Below are positions 12,047-25,006 of a DNA stretch of 64,000 nucleotides, piece by piece. Every line of letters starts with the position of its first letter. Within the stretch, counting starts at the first letter, position 1. The notes under the pieces are model-generated. The model was not told the origin of the DNA, searched no databases, and saw nothing but the letters and a program-made list of their open reading frames with translations. The DNA lies in assembly GCA_964016885.1 (NCBI GenBank), contig OZ024742.1:338334001-338398000 (forward strand). The letters are read 5' to 3'. Made by a program: the position numbers and the translations under genes. The DNA comes from Eledone cirrhosa. Lineage: Eukaryota.

Positions 12047-12882
12047 AGTGTTTGTATTTTACACAGACTAGGTGAAATAACTGAGTGCGTCTGTCTTGTA
12101 GCGGTGGCGGAGGCGGTGATACTGTTGACACTCCGCCACCATGAATACGTTCAAGATCAAGAAAACGTTTAAATATAAGTTTGAAATCGGCGGCAACGGA
12201 GAGGAGAACCAGCGAGATTCTGTTAAGAAAATCACAATGCTGTTTAAATACACAGAAGGTCTTCGCTACCACAATGGCTAAATGCCAAAGAAGGGCACCC
12301 AGGAGCCATGATGCGGTCTGGCCCTTCTAGAGCGTAAGAAGTTAAGGGCGGAAGCTCATGCTCGTGGTGTCTGTGAAGACCTACTTTCTCTCCAGCTCTC
12401 CTAAGAGTTTCTTACCACCACCCATCACCTTCGCCCGACTGTCATTTACATAATTCTCTGCCCTAGTGTTTGTATTTTACACAGACTAAGTGAAATAACT
12501 GAGTGCGTCGTGTTTTGTAGTGGTGGCGGCGACGGTGATACTGTTGACTCTCCGCCACCATGAGCTACGCTATATTTCCAAGTTCAAGAAAACGTTTAAA
12601 CATAAACTTGAAATCAGAGGCAACGGAGAGAACCAGCTAGATCCTGTTAACAAAATCACAATGCGGTTTAAATACACAGAAAGTCTTCGATACCAGAATG
12701 GCTAAAGGCCAACAGAAGGGCACCCAGGAGCTATGACTTGGATGCGGTCTGGACCTTCTAGAGCGTAAGAAGTTAAGAGCAGAAGCTCATGTTCGTGGGG
12801 TCTGTGAAGACCTACTCTCCTAAGAGTTTCTTACCACCACCCAGACCCTTCCCCCGACCCCCATTTACATAATTCTCTGCCT
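12047..12882 (+). repeat. Tandem duplication of a ~420-bp block upstream of the candidate promoter
   Basis: agtgtttgtattttacacagact...cataattctctgcc occurs twice (from 12047 and from 12465). It is single in units A, C and E. Confidence 0.9.
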
Positions 12883-13080
12883 TACATCTTCACATGTCTG
12901 ACTCGTTTCTTGGTACACCAAACTATCCTTTTCTCCCACTACATTATGCAATTACTCTTTTTCTCACTCTCACTTTTCCACCCTTACATTTCATACACGA
13001 TTCTCCTTTCTTATTACTTCATACTTTCCCCCTTTCTCTTTTTTTCTCCCTCACCTTATTTACTGCGGAATTATATGTTT

Positions 13081-13288
13081 ATTTACTTCCGCCCGCCATT
13101 ACATTTCCTTAAATCTCAGTCAAAATATTTTGGTCTAAAATTTTACATTTTTTCCCTTCTCACCTTTCTGATATAAAGTATCTTTATCTGAAATATATTA
13201 TCTGTCCCACACGGAACATATGAGATTAACAATAGAGAAATATTTGAATTGAAAAACTATCGGAGGAACATACGAAGAAGAGGTAAGT
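13081..13288 (+). promoter_or_regulatory. Candidate distal promoter and first exon, unit B
   Basis: ACTTCCGCCCGCCATT at 13085, Inr-like TCAGTC at about 13116 and donor GAG|GTAAGT at 13283. Confidence 0.45.
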
Positions 13289-13539
13289 AATTTTGAAAGA
13301 AGTTGTTTGTGAAATTTTATTAATAAACGTGAATTGTTGGTGATATTCTGTGTAACTTACAACATATAAATATATATGAATAAATAATCTACAAAGGATC
13401 AACGTGACAACATCAGTTTCATTAACAAAATTATATTTGTTCCACCTCGACTCTATTTTATCAACATTGGCCGCCAATTATGTTATCAAACCAACTCCTT
13501 TCTCTTCCCAATTGTCCTATTTATAGGATATTATATTCT

Positions 13540-14385
13540 ATAATAATAATGAAAATATTGTGTACAGTGCTCAGGTGCACTACAACTCATCAAAAGTGTA
13601 TGTATAGTACATAGGGTAATGTACAAACGTCTGGAAAATGAACAGTGCACGAGTCATGATATACACGTGTGCATGTGTATGGAAGGGGGACATCAGGTGT
13701 AGTTTTTGGCGAATTTCGGGAAGCATGAGGGGTTTTTCAGGATGCAGTGTCTCAGCAACTAACAGCTTACGCAGGTAGTTTGTTCCATGTTTCCGAAAGT
13801 CATGGGAGCTGTGCTGTTTCCTGTCTTTGTAGGCATGTCCACGTGTGTTAGACACATGGAGATCAAAAGGGTGCTCAGGGTTGTTGTTGGCGAGATGGTT
13901 AATAACTTTGTGGGTGTTTACCAAGTCAGTTGCCAGACGTCGGAACTTCAATGAATCCATGCCCAGGGAAGCAAGGCGTTCAGAGTATGGTAGCTATGGT
14001 CGTACCATAGCTGTATACAGCTTCAAATAAATGGCTGGAGAGCGGCTAACAAAGGTCTTGCTGAGTGATGCCAAGACACCCTCGGCCTTCTTGACAATTT
14101 TAGAGATGTGCTTTGTCCAATGCAAATCGCTGCTGACAGTAATACCCAGGTCACGTTCACAAGAGGACTTCTTGATATCAGTGTTGTGGAGGGAGTATGT
14201 GGACGCTGGATTTTTCCTCCCAAAATGCATGGTGGTACACTTGTCCACAGCCAGCTTCAGTTGCCAGTCTGTGATCCATTGCTGCATTGTGTCCAGGTCT
14301 GATTGTAAGAAAGAGTTATAGATTTCAGGATCTGTCCTTTTGATTTCAAGGTACAGCTTGATGTCATCTTCATATTTCAGTATGT
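13540..14385 (-). mobile_element. 5'-truncated CR1-like LINE
   Basis: WQLKLAVDKC..MHFGRKN..ERDLGITVSSDL, LYTAMVRP and NTRGHAYK motifs, with an (ATT)n tail at 13540. Same family as 53711-54576. Confidence 0.88.
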
Positions 14386-14502
14386 ATTATGTATTTTTTG
14401 TTTGCGTTTTCCTAAATATTGTGTGTGTGTGTACAAAAGGATCTGCGCATGTATGTATAACTAAAAAAAAAAAGTATGTGTATATATATATATATATTAT
14501 AA

Positions 14503-14805
14503 TAAAATGACAGGAGGCTGGACTTGTGTAAATCCTTGAAAGGTTTATTATACTATGATCATTTCAATGACCGGGTTCCGTATGAATTTGGTGATATCAT
14601 AGGTATTCGAAATATAATAAATGAATGTAATAGATAAAATCCATGGGGCTGAAAATCAAAGACCGGAGGACGACCGACATCTAGCATCTTCCACTTTTGC
14701 CGGTCGCCCTCAAGTCACCGGATTCATACGGAACCCGGTCATTGAAATGATCATAGTATAATAAACCTTTCAAAGATTTACACAAGTCCAGCCTCCTGTC
14801 ATTTT
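14503..14805. repeat. Long inverted repeat (~90-bp arms, ~120-bp spacer), possibly Penelope-like
   Basis: aaaatgacaggaggctggacttgtgtaaat...ggtga at 14504-14594 is the reverse complement of 14715-14805 with few mismatches. It lies next to (TA)n. Confidence 0.8.
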
Positions 14806-16239
14806 TTAATATTTAACTCCGTACTAGCACCACCAACTACAAAAACGAAGACGGTTGAACTGCTTTACGTTGAGTACTCTTCATATTATTACATTAAGAT
14901 TGACCATACGGAATTGACCAGCTCTATCCAGTGGTGAACCTCATACTTGAATATATATATATATAGGGATGTGAGAAAAACCACAGACCCTCCATCTCAA
15001 CTCTACTTTTGAAAAGCAGAAGAACTGCGAAACTGGTAAAGGAACCAAATAAATATATATATATTTTTTAAAATAAGACTCCGGTTGCATTTTCGATTTC
15101 ATCCTTTTTTCTTTATACTTTCACTCTTGTATGACACCTCGGTTATTTTTCATTTTGTATAAAAACCTCACTTTCTAATATATATATATATAACCCATAT
15201 AAGCACGGGGAATAGATTTTAAACAGAAATGAAGTGAGTGGTTTTACTGGAGTTTACGATACTTTCATTATAGTCTCTCACACTAAATAGTGGGATATAT
15301 TTTCACTTTGTGTGTATATATGTGTATGCTACATATAGATATGTGTGTATGTTGCTGTTTTATAGAGTTTGGATGTACTTACTGTCATCCAACGTCGATT
15401 TGTTAGTTTTTTTTCCCCCTCATGTCCATACGTGGCGAAAAATATAGTCTGTTCCAAATTATCGTAGATATATGATATTATATTTAGTATCGTCCTAATT
15501 ATCTTAGATATACGATATGATATAAATATCAGACATTTGATATCAGCTAAATTTGTATAAGCTACAGGCGAGTTAGGGTTAATAGGCAAAGAAAACTCCG
15601 AGAGAGGGACAGATCCGAGTGATAAATGCCCCCCCCCCCCCCCCCGGAAAAACGGGGGGGGGGGCAATATCCCCTCGGATCTGTCCTTAGCAGCTTATTT
15701 GCAGGTAGGACATGCCTCCCCCGCCTAAAAAAAAAAACCATGGGGATTGGAATGGTAAAGAAAAACTACGTAATGGTAATAAGTTCGAAGACTCCTCTCC
15801 GCCCTCCAGGGAAGAAAGTCTTCATGACCACATTAGGGGGGTAAGTTCAATTGATAGAGCACGAAGAGAAAAAAATCTACTGAAATCGGTGGGGTTATCT
15901 TTATATAGATCTACCCTATATCATTCTAAAATAATAGGAATTATCGGCAAACTATTTTTTTAGCCTGTCACATTCTAATTTAATTTGGTGAGCTAGTCCT
16001 CTGACTACGAGGTTCTTGTCACTGTTAGTGGCTCACCTTATTTAATGTATTAAGTGATGTTCACGAGGGTGCCCGGTTATTCTAGCGGCAATACTCCTGT
16101 TTTGTTGACTTGCCTGAAAAGTTATTAGAGGGAAAATTCCAGTCCCTTTTGTGCTGTGTGATTGAGTGCCCTAACCACCCGCCCCTTTATATATTTATAC
16201 ATAAGAATTTGACACAGTTCTGTTTATGCAAACAAAGGA

Positions 16240-17245
16240 AGCTGATTCCAGAGAACTGCAACTGGTGCATAGCCCCACACCCTGACACCGATCACCGCAG
16301 CTCCTTGCACTAGTTTTTGGTACTGCAATGAGTTCATTGTCACAGATCTTCTGTGCCCTCCATCACTGACAGTCCCGTGTCAGCCTTTCTGCATTCTCCA
16401 AGGTGAAGTCGAGCTTCTGGAGATCTTCCTTAATCACATCTAACCATTATGTGCAGGCCTCTTCCAACCCTCAGCTGCTGCATCAAACGAGAGTAAGGCA
16501 CTTCTAGTATGATCTGGCAGAAGGCAGACGACATGTGTACCAACGCATGCAGCAGATGTCTCTGAGAGAGGGGGGTTGCAGGCTGATATGTGTGTGTGCA
16601 TGCAACTGTTGATCCTTTTTGTGAGGGGCCACGTTTCTGTTCCATAGTGAACAGACCGAAGCATTGTAGATATGGAGCTTCGTCTTCCAGAACATAGAGC
16701 AGTGGTATGAGGCTTCTGTAGGGAATGCATAAACCCGATGGCTAGATCACATCTGCAGTTGATATCAATGGGGTCAGGTCTCTAATGTTGGTGATTGTGG
16801 AGTCCAGGTAAATGGAGGAGCTGATGAACTCCTCAATGCTGGGGCCAGTATGGAGCAGGGGAAGATGCGGGTCTTCGCCCACTTAACCTGAAGGCCAAAC
16901 TTTGCCAATTCCTTCCAGAGATGGTTGATCGAGTTGGTGAATAAGGTTGTTCCAGAAAGCAATGGCCGAAACTCGTTCACAGACCTTGGTCATCAGATAG
17001 TCGATGTCACCGTTGAAGAGATCAGGGGCAAACATGCCCTTTCTGAAACTGCTGTTGATGGGGACCCAGATGGAGTCCTTCTCGTTCATCCACATGCAAC
17101 TCTTGGCACTGCTATAGAATCGTTGGAGCCGGGTGGTGTGCCGATGAGGCTGAGAATTTTCAAGAGGGATGCGTGGTCGACTATGTCGAAAACTGCGTTG
17201 TGTTCCGTGAAAGAAACATATAGGTCCCGATGTTTGCGGAATTCC
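16240..17245 (-). mobile_element. Old RTE-clade remnant, copy B
   Basis: Homologous to 2990-4021. Includes YGTETWPLTK and LYVSF..VFDIVDHASLLKIL. Confidence 0.7.
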
Positions 17246-18357
17246 AATAGCGAATTTAGCAGACCAAAGTTGCAAGATGGTGACCCTGATGCCGCTGGGT
17301 GCCAAGGGGAAGTAGCGAAAAATTTCAACTGAACAGTGAACACGTAGAAAGTGAGTATTAAGTAAGTTGTATGAAGAATGCACGTCAAATAGTAGGTCAA
17401 ACCTGTAAGCCAAGCCCGTCTGAGTTATAGCACAAAAGAGCATAAACAGGGGCGATATTTTGGAGCAAACTGGAAAAAAAATCATTGCAATCGGACGTTC
17501 CTGAAAAAAGTTTTCTAATTTTTTAGTCTCGTGTTCCGAACAACAAAGAAAAAAAATTACAACAAAATATGTCTTTGTTGAGATTCAAGTAAATGAATGC
17601 TTAAGCGTCGTTATGATTACGTTTGTTGTTTTATAAATTCATCTGTTGCTTTTGAATATTTGTTATTTGATGTAGAATGTAACATTGAGAGAGGAATATG
17701 TATTTAGTGTGATGTGTTGCTTAGTTATCAAAGTTTACTTCGCGTTCCTGAACGAAGAGGGGGAATGATCTATTATAGAGAGAGGGAAGAGCGACGGAGA
17801 GAGTGAAGCTAAGAAACCATAAGGAGGTGTGTTAAACGTCGAAGCATGAAGAGAGTAAAGCAGTTGAATTATAGAGAGGAGGAATAATCTATTGTAGAGA
17901 GAGTGAAGCTATGTTTGTTGTATAAATCGATGTGTTGCTTAGTTTTCAAAGTTTGTTTTGCGTTCCTTGAAAAGAAGTTTTGTCGCTGTTCTAAACTGTA
18001 ATGGTGATAGGGTAGTAGAGGGAGGCATTAACCTTTTAAAGATAGTTGCAGAGGAGATTGAGGGGGGAGTAGAGGGAGGGATGAACCTTTTAAAGAGAGT
18101 TGCAACATGTATGTAGTTTCATAGATTGTTGAGGGTAGTAGTGAGAGTGACTAACGTGTAAGGGAGAGGGTTACAGCATGTATTTAGTTTTATCGATTTT
18201 TTTCATAGAAGCAGGACATTTTTGCCAAACTTTATTATGCGTTGACCAGCGTTGGTTAATTTGGAGCACATTGGAAAAAAAATCGGTAGAGAAATGTGGA
18301 AATGCATAAAAATCATACACAACACAGACAGACATCTTCCGTTTTATATATAGAGAG
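17246..18357 (-). mobile_element. Helitron-like non-autonomous element
   Basis: The minus strand begins TCTCTATATATAAAACGGAAGATGTCTGTCTG, a typical Helitron 5' end. Internal AG-rich repeats. No clear 3' CTAG found. Confidence 0.5.
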
Positions 18358-18371
18358 ATAATATACACACA

Positions 18372-18580
18372 CATCATCATTACCGTTTTACGTCCATTCT
18401 TCCATGCTAGTATGGGTTAGACGGGTTGTCCTATTATGGGCAGTGCCCGGTTGAAAAAAAAAGCACCCAGCACTCACTGTAAATCAGGTTGGTGTTAGGA
18501 AGCGCATCCAGCTGTAGAAATCAAACCAGAATCAGTTCCCAAGCAGAGAAAAGCGGACGTAAAATGGTGATGATGATGAA
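18372..18580. mobile_element. Two RTE-tail/SINE 3' fragments in opposite orientation
   Basis: 18455-18578 (+) matches SINE 57110-57250. 18372-18427 (-) is an RTE-type tail (catcatcat..ttttacgtcc..ccatgctag). Confidence 0.7.
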
Positions 18581-18599
18581 ACGAATGCTGTAACAGCAA

Positions 18600-18815
18600 A
18601 ACAGTGAATGGATGAGTAAAAATAGTGAACGAGACATTGGACGATGAACAGATGGGGGAAAAGGTGAATGAGAGACTGGCCGATGAACAGATGAGGAAAA
18701 AGGTGAATATGAGACTGGGCAGTGAATAGATGAGGGGAAAAGTGAACGAGATATTGGTCAATGAACAGAGGAGGAAACAGTGAACGAGACATTGGACAAT
18801 GAATGGATAAGGACA
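18600..18815 (+). repeat. ~40-bp degenerate minisatellite
   Basis: About 5 copies of gtgaacgagacattggacgatgaacagatgaggaaaaag-like units. Confidence 0.8.
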
Positions 18816-19845
18816 AGAACAAGACAAGAATCAAATGAAATAATGAATGAGTTGAATAGAACAATGCGGTGCTGAGTGGATGGATAGGGGGATGGGTGGG
18901 AGTTGGGGGTGGGGTGAATGAAGCAGAATGAATAGTGTGTGATGGCTGGAGTGATGAGTGGCTGGGATGAGGAATGGACAAAGCAGCAATCGGTTAAGGT
19001 GATAAGTACATGAGGACCAGGAAACATGTAACTAAAAGATAAATAAAAAATAAAAATTTATTGATCGACTTTCGTCAAATCGGACCGAGGAAACAATGTT
19101 TCCATTAGTCTTTCCAATTGCTAATACTAACTATCGGTTGCAACTCCGGGTAGAAGGAGCTCCGTGAAATAAAGTGTCTCACCCGGTCCAGGAATCAAAC
19201 TGACAACCTCACGATTGCAAATCCAGTTCTCTAACCAATCAGCCACACACCTTCACGTGTAACTAAACGACAACAAATTCATATAAAAACAGTAAAAACA
19301 ACAATGCTAATTAATAATGAACAAAGGGATATTTTTCTTTTTCTGTGTGGTCTACCTCTGGTGGTAGGGTCCGTACTGTAGATAGAACTCAATGTAATCC
19401 AGTAAAATCCATAGAGAAGTTCTGTGTTTCACTGAGTTAATTCTTTAGATACAGTCAGATATTAGGTATTAAATTAACAATGAAAATAAAAACAACAAAG
19501 TTATAAAGTAACTTGACTTGGTTCCTTTTATATTCATTGTTAATTTAATCTGTATGTATATAAAATTAAGTATGTGTGTGTCTGTGTATTACCTATAGGG
19601 GCCTATATCTTACGACTGATTTTCATGAAACTTTACAGGCTCGTAGATTAGTCATCAGGGAGTGTTTTCGATATATCAGCGTAATTCTTTAGATACAGTC
19701 AGAAATTAGGTATTAAATTAACAATGAAAATAAAAACAACAAAGTTATAAAGTAACTTGACTTGGTTCCTTTTATATTCATTGTTAATTTAATACCATAT
19801 ATATATATATATATGCGCAGTGAGAAAGCAGCAATCGGTTAAGGT

Positions 19846-21078
19846 GAGAACCCTTTAGCGGCCAATAGTGGTATAACCTCTCTGAACTTTTTCCATCCCG
19901 TTCTGACTCTAGCTACTGTACTTTCAGAGCACCCTCCACCACTGCTGATTTTGTCACCCAGGTAACGGAAGGTGTCCACTATTTCTATAGAACCATCTGT
20001 GCAATGGAATGAGCTAGTATTTGTGGGCACTTGCTGCTACTTATTGCACCAGAGCACCGGCCACATATAAAATCTATATTCTTAGTTAGCTTACTTGTGA
20101 TCCGACTACATCTTTTATGCACCCATACTTTGCATTTAGGACATAAAATGGAGTTTCTGCCTACTCCTTTCCTACACGCTGAGCATGGCCATTTCCCAGA
20201 TGGGACCGGTGCCCTATTTTCCTTCCTACAAACTAGAACTTTAGTCTTAGACAGGTTAATTTTAAGGCCTATTGATTCTAGGCCATGCTTCCATGTTTGG
20301 AATTTCTTCTCTAGTTCAGCCGTTGATTCAGCTATGAGCGTTAGATCATCTGTGTATAGGAGTTCCCATGGGCAGCCGGTCTTGAAGTCCTCTGTTATAG
20401 ACTGACGGGCGATAATAAATAGTAGGGGGGGGGGGATAAGAACGGAGCCCTGATGAACACCAACTTTTACGCTAAACTCTTCACTATATTCGTTGTTAAT
20501 TCTAACCTTGCTGGCTGTTTCTTTATACATGGCTTGTATAGGTCTCACAAGCCATTCATCAACACCTAGTTTTCTAAGAGCCCACCAGATAATGGAGTGG
20601 GGGACTCTGTCAAAAGCTTTCTCCAAGTCAACAAAAGCTAAGTATAGGGGTTTACTTTTAGCTTGGTACTTCTCCTGTAGTTGTCGTACAATGAAAAGAG
20701 CGTCTGTGGTACTTTTACCTGACACAAACCCGAACTGCATTTTATATAGACCAATTCGCTCTCTGATTAGTTGCGCTATTACTTTTTCTGTGACCTTCAT
20801 GACCTGGTCGATTAATTTAATGCCTCTATAGTTACCCCTATCTAGGGCATCTCCTTTACCCTTGTAGCAGTTAATGATGATGCTGCTACGCCAGTCCTTC
20901 GGAACGACCCCATTCTGTATGACTTGGTTTACTATCCGGGTGACCATAGTGTGTCCCACCGTTCCAGATGCTTTCAGCATTTCAGCAACTATTTCCGAAG
21001 GCCCAGCTGCCTTACCCGTCTTCATATCTTTGATTGCCTTACTTATTATACTACCTTCAACTTGCACTGCTGGTCCCT
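19846..21078 (-). mobile_element. RTE LINE internal fragment (RT domain)
   Basis: ORF 19985..21136: GKAAGPSEI, NYRGIKL, LAFVDLEKAFDRVP, GVHQGS, LLYTDDL. Both ends are missing. Confidence 0.93.
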
Positions 21079-24000
21079 GCCCGGGCGCCCATGTCTGTAG
21101 AGCTTGTCTCGAACTGGTAGAGCTCCTCGGTAGCACTGCCAGGCCAGGGACTTTTGGAAGTTGTCCATCGGTCCCGGGGGGATGGTCCTACCGAACAGAC
21201 TGGCCAGTTCATCTTCCTCTACGCCTAGAGTTTCACGGAGCGCGTCGTCGCACTTGCTGCAAATCAACCCTCTATAGAATGACGAAGTGGAGTCTCCACT
21301 GATCGCCGGGTCCGCCTGCCAGAGGGCTATGAGCGCCTGAGCACATTCGATGTGCCAGTCGCCCATTTTCCTCGTCCTTTGCTTCACCCAGGACTGCAGC
21401 TCGGTCAGCGAGACGAGTCGTGGGAAGGCTCGCCTCACGAACAGGGCCCACACCGGTTGTCCGGTGAGGAATACGTAGAGATTCCGCAGCCTGAGCGCGT
21501 GTTTGTGCATCGTCAACCACGGCATCCCCAGCCCTCCGTTAGAAGGGTGTTGGCAGCAGATGGATCTTCTCACCAAAGGAATTGGAAGAGCGCTCGCTCC
21601 ATTTTGGAGAGCGCTTTGGCTGGACAAGGCACGACGGTCAAGCGGTAGTAGATGGCGGACGCTATAAAAGTGTTCGCCACATCCACTCGACCTTTCAAGG
21701 ATAGTTTGCACTCGGCCCCTTCTGGGTGAGTGCAAACACCTTGGCCGTCACTTTGTTCCAGTTCTTTTCCACCTGGAGGTCCGGACCAAACCAGACCCCG
21801 AGCAGCTTTACCGGTCCTTCCGTCCAGCGTCCGACGACGCCATCGGAAGGCATCGGTTTGCCTCTCCACGATCCAAGTTGCAAACCGATGGACTTGTCCC
21901 GGTTCAGCTTCGCTCCTGTGAAACTTTCGTATTCCTTTAGTAAGGTGCTGACTTCCTAAATTTGCGAGGCGCTCGACACTATTACTGTCACGTCGTTGGC
22001 ATAGGCCGACGCCGCTTTCCGCAGTCTCGGTTCCAGAGGGATGCCCTGCAATAGCTCCAACTTGCGCAGTAGTTGCTCGAGAGTCAGTACGTACAGAAGG
22101 GAGGAGAGAGGGCATCTCTGTCGAATGGATCGCGTAATATGGAACGGCTCCGAGAGGTAGCCGTTCATCTTGACCCTTGAGCAGATGTTGCTGTTGTGCA
22201 TTGCAGCAACCCAGCCCCTGAACACGGGTCCGAAGCCTGCCTCATTGGTTCAGCGCGTCCCCTATCTCAGCGGCTGAAATCGGCTTTTCGCAGAACTTTG
22301 CCTCGCTGTCCTAGAGTCGCGGTAGGCCGTCGAGGTATGGACCAAAATCCATAGCCCCTCCCAGCGCGCCACCCTGCCCGAACAGTTGAGCAAAGTGCCG
22401 CTGAAAGGCCGTACACATCTGCTTCGGCTCACGTTACACGCGTCCGTTTTGGTCCTTCAAAGACCGAATCGTGGACTTGTTGCCATTTTTTGCCTCCGTC
22501 ACTCGGGCCCAGCTAACAGCTTTGGCTCCCTCGTTTCTCAGAGCACGTATTTTGCTCCTGATAACGCAGCCCTCGTGCTTTACGTTGAAGAACTGGTCCA
22601 AGGCCGTTCTCGTTGCTAGCACGCTGGCTACGTTGCCTCTTCTACTTTATCTACCAGTTATTTCTCGGTTCTATTTCTATCTAACGCTAATTCTTTACTA
22701 AAAACTAACTAGTCTAATCTAACTGCCCTCTTGAGAGAGTACCACCATCTGTTGTTGACAATGGCCCCTGTCAAGTGCTGTTTAACTAAAGTGCTAATCC
22801 GTCTACTGTAGGCTTTGCTTGTCGGTAACGACAAGTTCAGCTTCCAGTAGCCGGGTCCTTGTCTATGGGTTTTATCAAGGTTGGTCATGCAGGTCACTAG
22901 TTTGTGATCTGAATAGGCAACTATGAACATTTGTGGACAGCTTAACATGTCCCTATCCCTATTTCTAACTAGAACCCTATCTAGGTACGATCTAGATTTC
23001 CGCTGCGATTAGTCCACGTCCACAGTGGCACAGTCGAAAAATCTAGTCGATATCTATCAGCCAGGTCAAATCGGTCGATTAACTGTTTGAGGCTTTTACA
23101 CCCCCCCCCTTTATCGGGACATGCTCCCACATAGTCCCAACGTGCATCTAGGATTCCATTCCAGTCTCCCACTAAAAGCAAGGAGCGGGACGTTCCCAGA
23201 AAAGTCTCTAGACGTTTGAAGAAGTCTGGCCGTGGTGTCCCGGATGGGGCATATGCAGCCACCAGCCTGAAGGCTCCACCTTCACTACCGTCAACGTCTA
23301 GGACCACCAGTCGACCCTCCGGGTCCAGATGTACCGTCTGTGTTACGAGGCCCAGGTGTTTCCGCAGCAAAACGGCAACTCCACCCCCACCCCCCGGTTG
23401 AAGATGGGGGCCAGCTGTCGCTCGCTGTGGATCCTGGACTCGCAAATGGCTACCACATCCATACTGTGCGACCTGAGGTCGTTTAAGAGTTTGCCCTGTT
23501 TCCAGGGCATCCCCAGGCCGCGTACGTTCACACATCCAACTCTTATATTGGCCATGTTGGTGCTGAAAAGTTAAAAGAGGAAAAGAGATCACTCACCCTT
23601 CGTCTCCTGGGGACCAGGTTGCACGATTTCCATGGGGGTGTTGGAGGGGTTGTCTGTGTGGGTGGTGGTTTCCGGTGGGGTGGGGTCTGGTGGGATGGGG
23701 GTGTCTGGGGTTGAGATACATTTGAGAAGGATGCGGTTAAGTGGTTTTTGACGCAGGAATTCCCCACATCCTTTTCAAATGTTTCTTTTAGGGATCTATA
23801 AGTTTGTATAGGGACTCTAATCAGTTTTAGGTTCAGTTTTTTGTTATTTTTAATAGAGTGGGCGAAAGTTTTCCCTTCGGTTTTCACCGAAGGGTCGTTC
23901 GTGATGGTCTCCGTTAGTGTTTTGTTTTCTGTGTTTATGTAAGAGTTAAGTGTAATTTTCTTGTGTTGTGTTTGTTTTTGTCTGTAGTTCTTGTGTGTGC

Positions 24001-25006
24001 TTTCGTTTTGTTGTAGGTATTTTGTTTTCAGGAGGTGGGGGTTTTGTTTGTGATGTTTTTGTTGTTTGTGTTGGTGGTTGTATGTTTGTGGTAGTGTTTG
24101 CTGGTTTTTTGCTTTTGTGATGTCTTTTCTTTCTTTTTGAGCGATGGGGTTCTCCCTCGTCTTCACTGGGTGATGGCGAGATAGCCTCATCTGTTGTATC
24201 GTCTGTGTGATTGGGGAGGGGTATGTCTTAGGGAGCTGTTGTGTCTGTATAATTTTGCAGTCCCACCCAACCCTACTCCACCTAAAACTTTTAGGTGGAG
24301 TAGGGTTGGGTGGGACTGTGTTTGTTGTGGTTATTTTTGTGTGTTGGTGTTGTTGTTGTTGTGGTGGTGTTAGTGGTTGTGTTGTTTTGATGGGTGTCGG
24401 CAGAAGAGCCTTTTTTTGACTCATTAATTTAGGACAGGAAGCCCACAGGTGACCCCTGCTAAAGCAATGGTAACATGAAGGCCGCCTACCCTCAACCGAA
24501 AAGTTTATGTAGGTGAGTCCGTCCCGGAGTACACGTTGTGGGATCATAGCTATTCGCTCTAGGCTCATTTGCACCAGAACTTCAACGCTAGTCTCATTGA
24601 ATACATCTCTGGGGGACTTTCCTACTGACAGTATTCTGTCTTCATCAAAATTGATGAAGCTGCACAGTATCCACCATATTTTCACCTTTGGTGTGACACT
24701 CGTGATTTTGATCTTTTGTGTACTTTTTCCCATGTATGTAGGGAAAAAGGTGTACAGGTTGGATACAATTGGCGACACAGAGTAATTTTGGGCAGTCAAT
24801 TGATCCTTCATGAGTACCGAAATATTCCCAAAAAGTTTGCTTCTTTGAATGAATGCAATATCATTCATTGAATTTTTGAAAACCAGTTCAATTTCTTTCT
24901 GTGACAATTGGACTGGTTTTCGGGTAGAATTGGAAACTGTCCTAAAAACTATCGTTTTGAGAGCAGTTTCCTTGCGAATTTCTACCGGAGAATTGATGCT
25001 GAAAGC
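21079..25006 (-). mobile_element. Tx1/L1-like LINE, copy 2 (ORF1 with zinc knuckle plus disrupted ORF2)
   Basis: ORF1 CYHCFSRGHLWASC. ORF2 starts MANIRVGCVNVRGL (23555) with APE motifs GDWN and SDHKLV and RT motifs IRQRCPLSSLLY, AYANDV and GGLGMP. Frameshifted. Confidence 0.88.

Noticed and set aside
19985-21136. 383-aa ORF as a domesticated reverse transcriptase or retron-like gene
   Set aside because: Internal RTE fragment with a chance N-terminus from the adjacent Tx1 element and degenerate motifs (IPPPLLF, YTDD).
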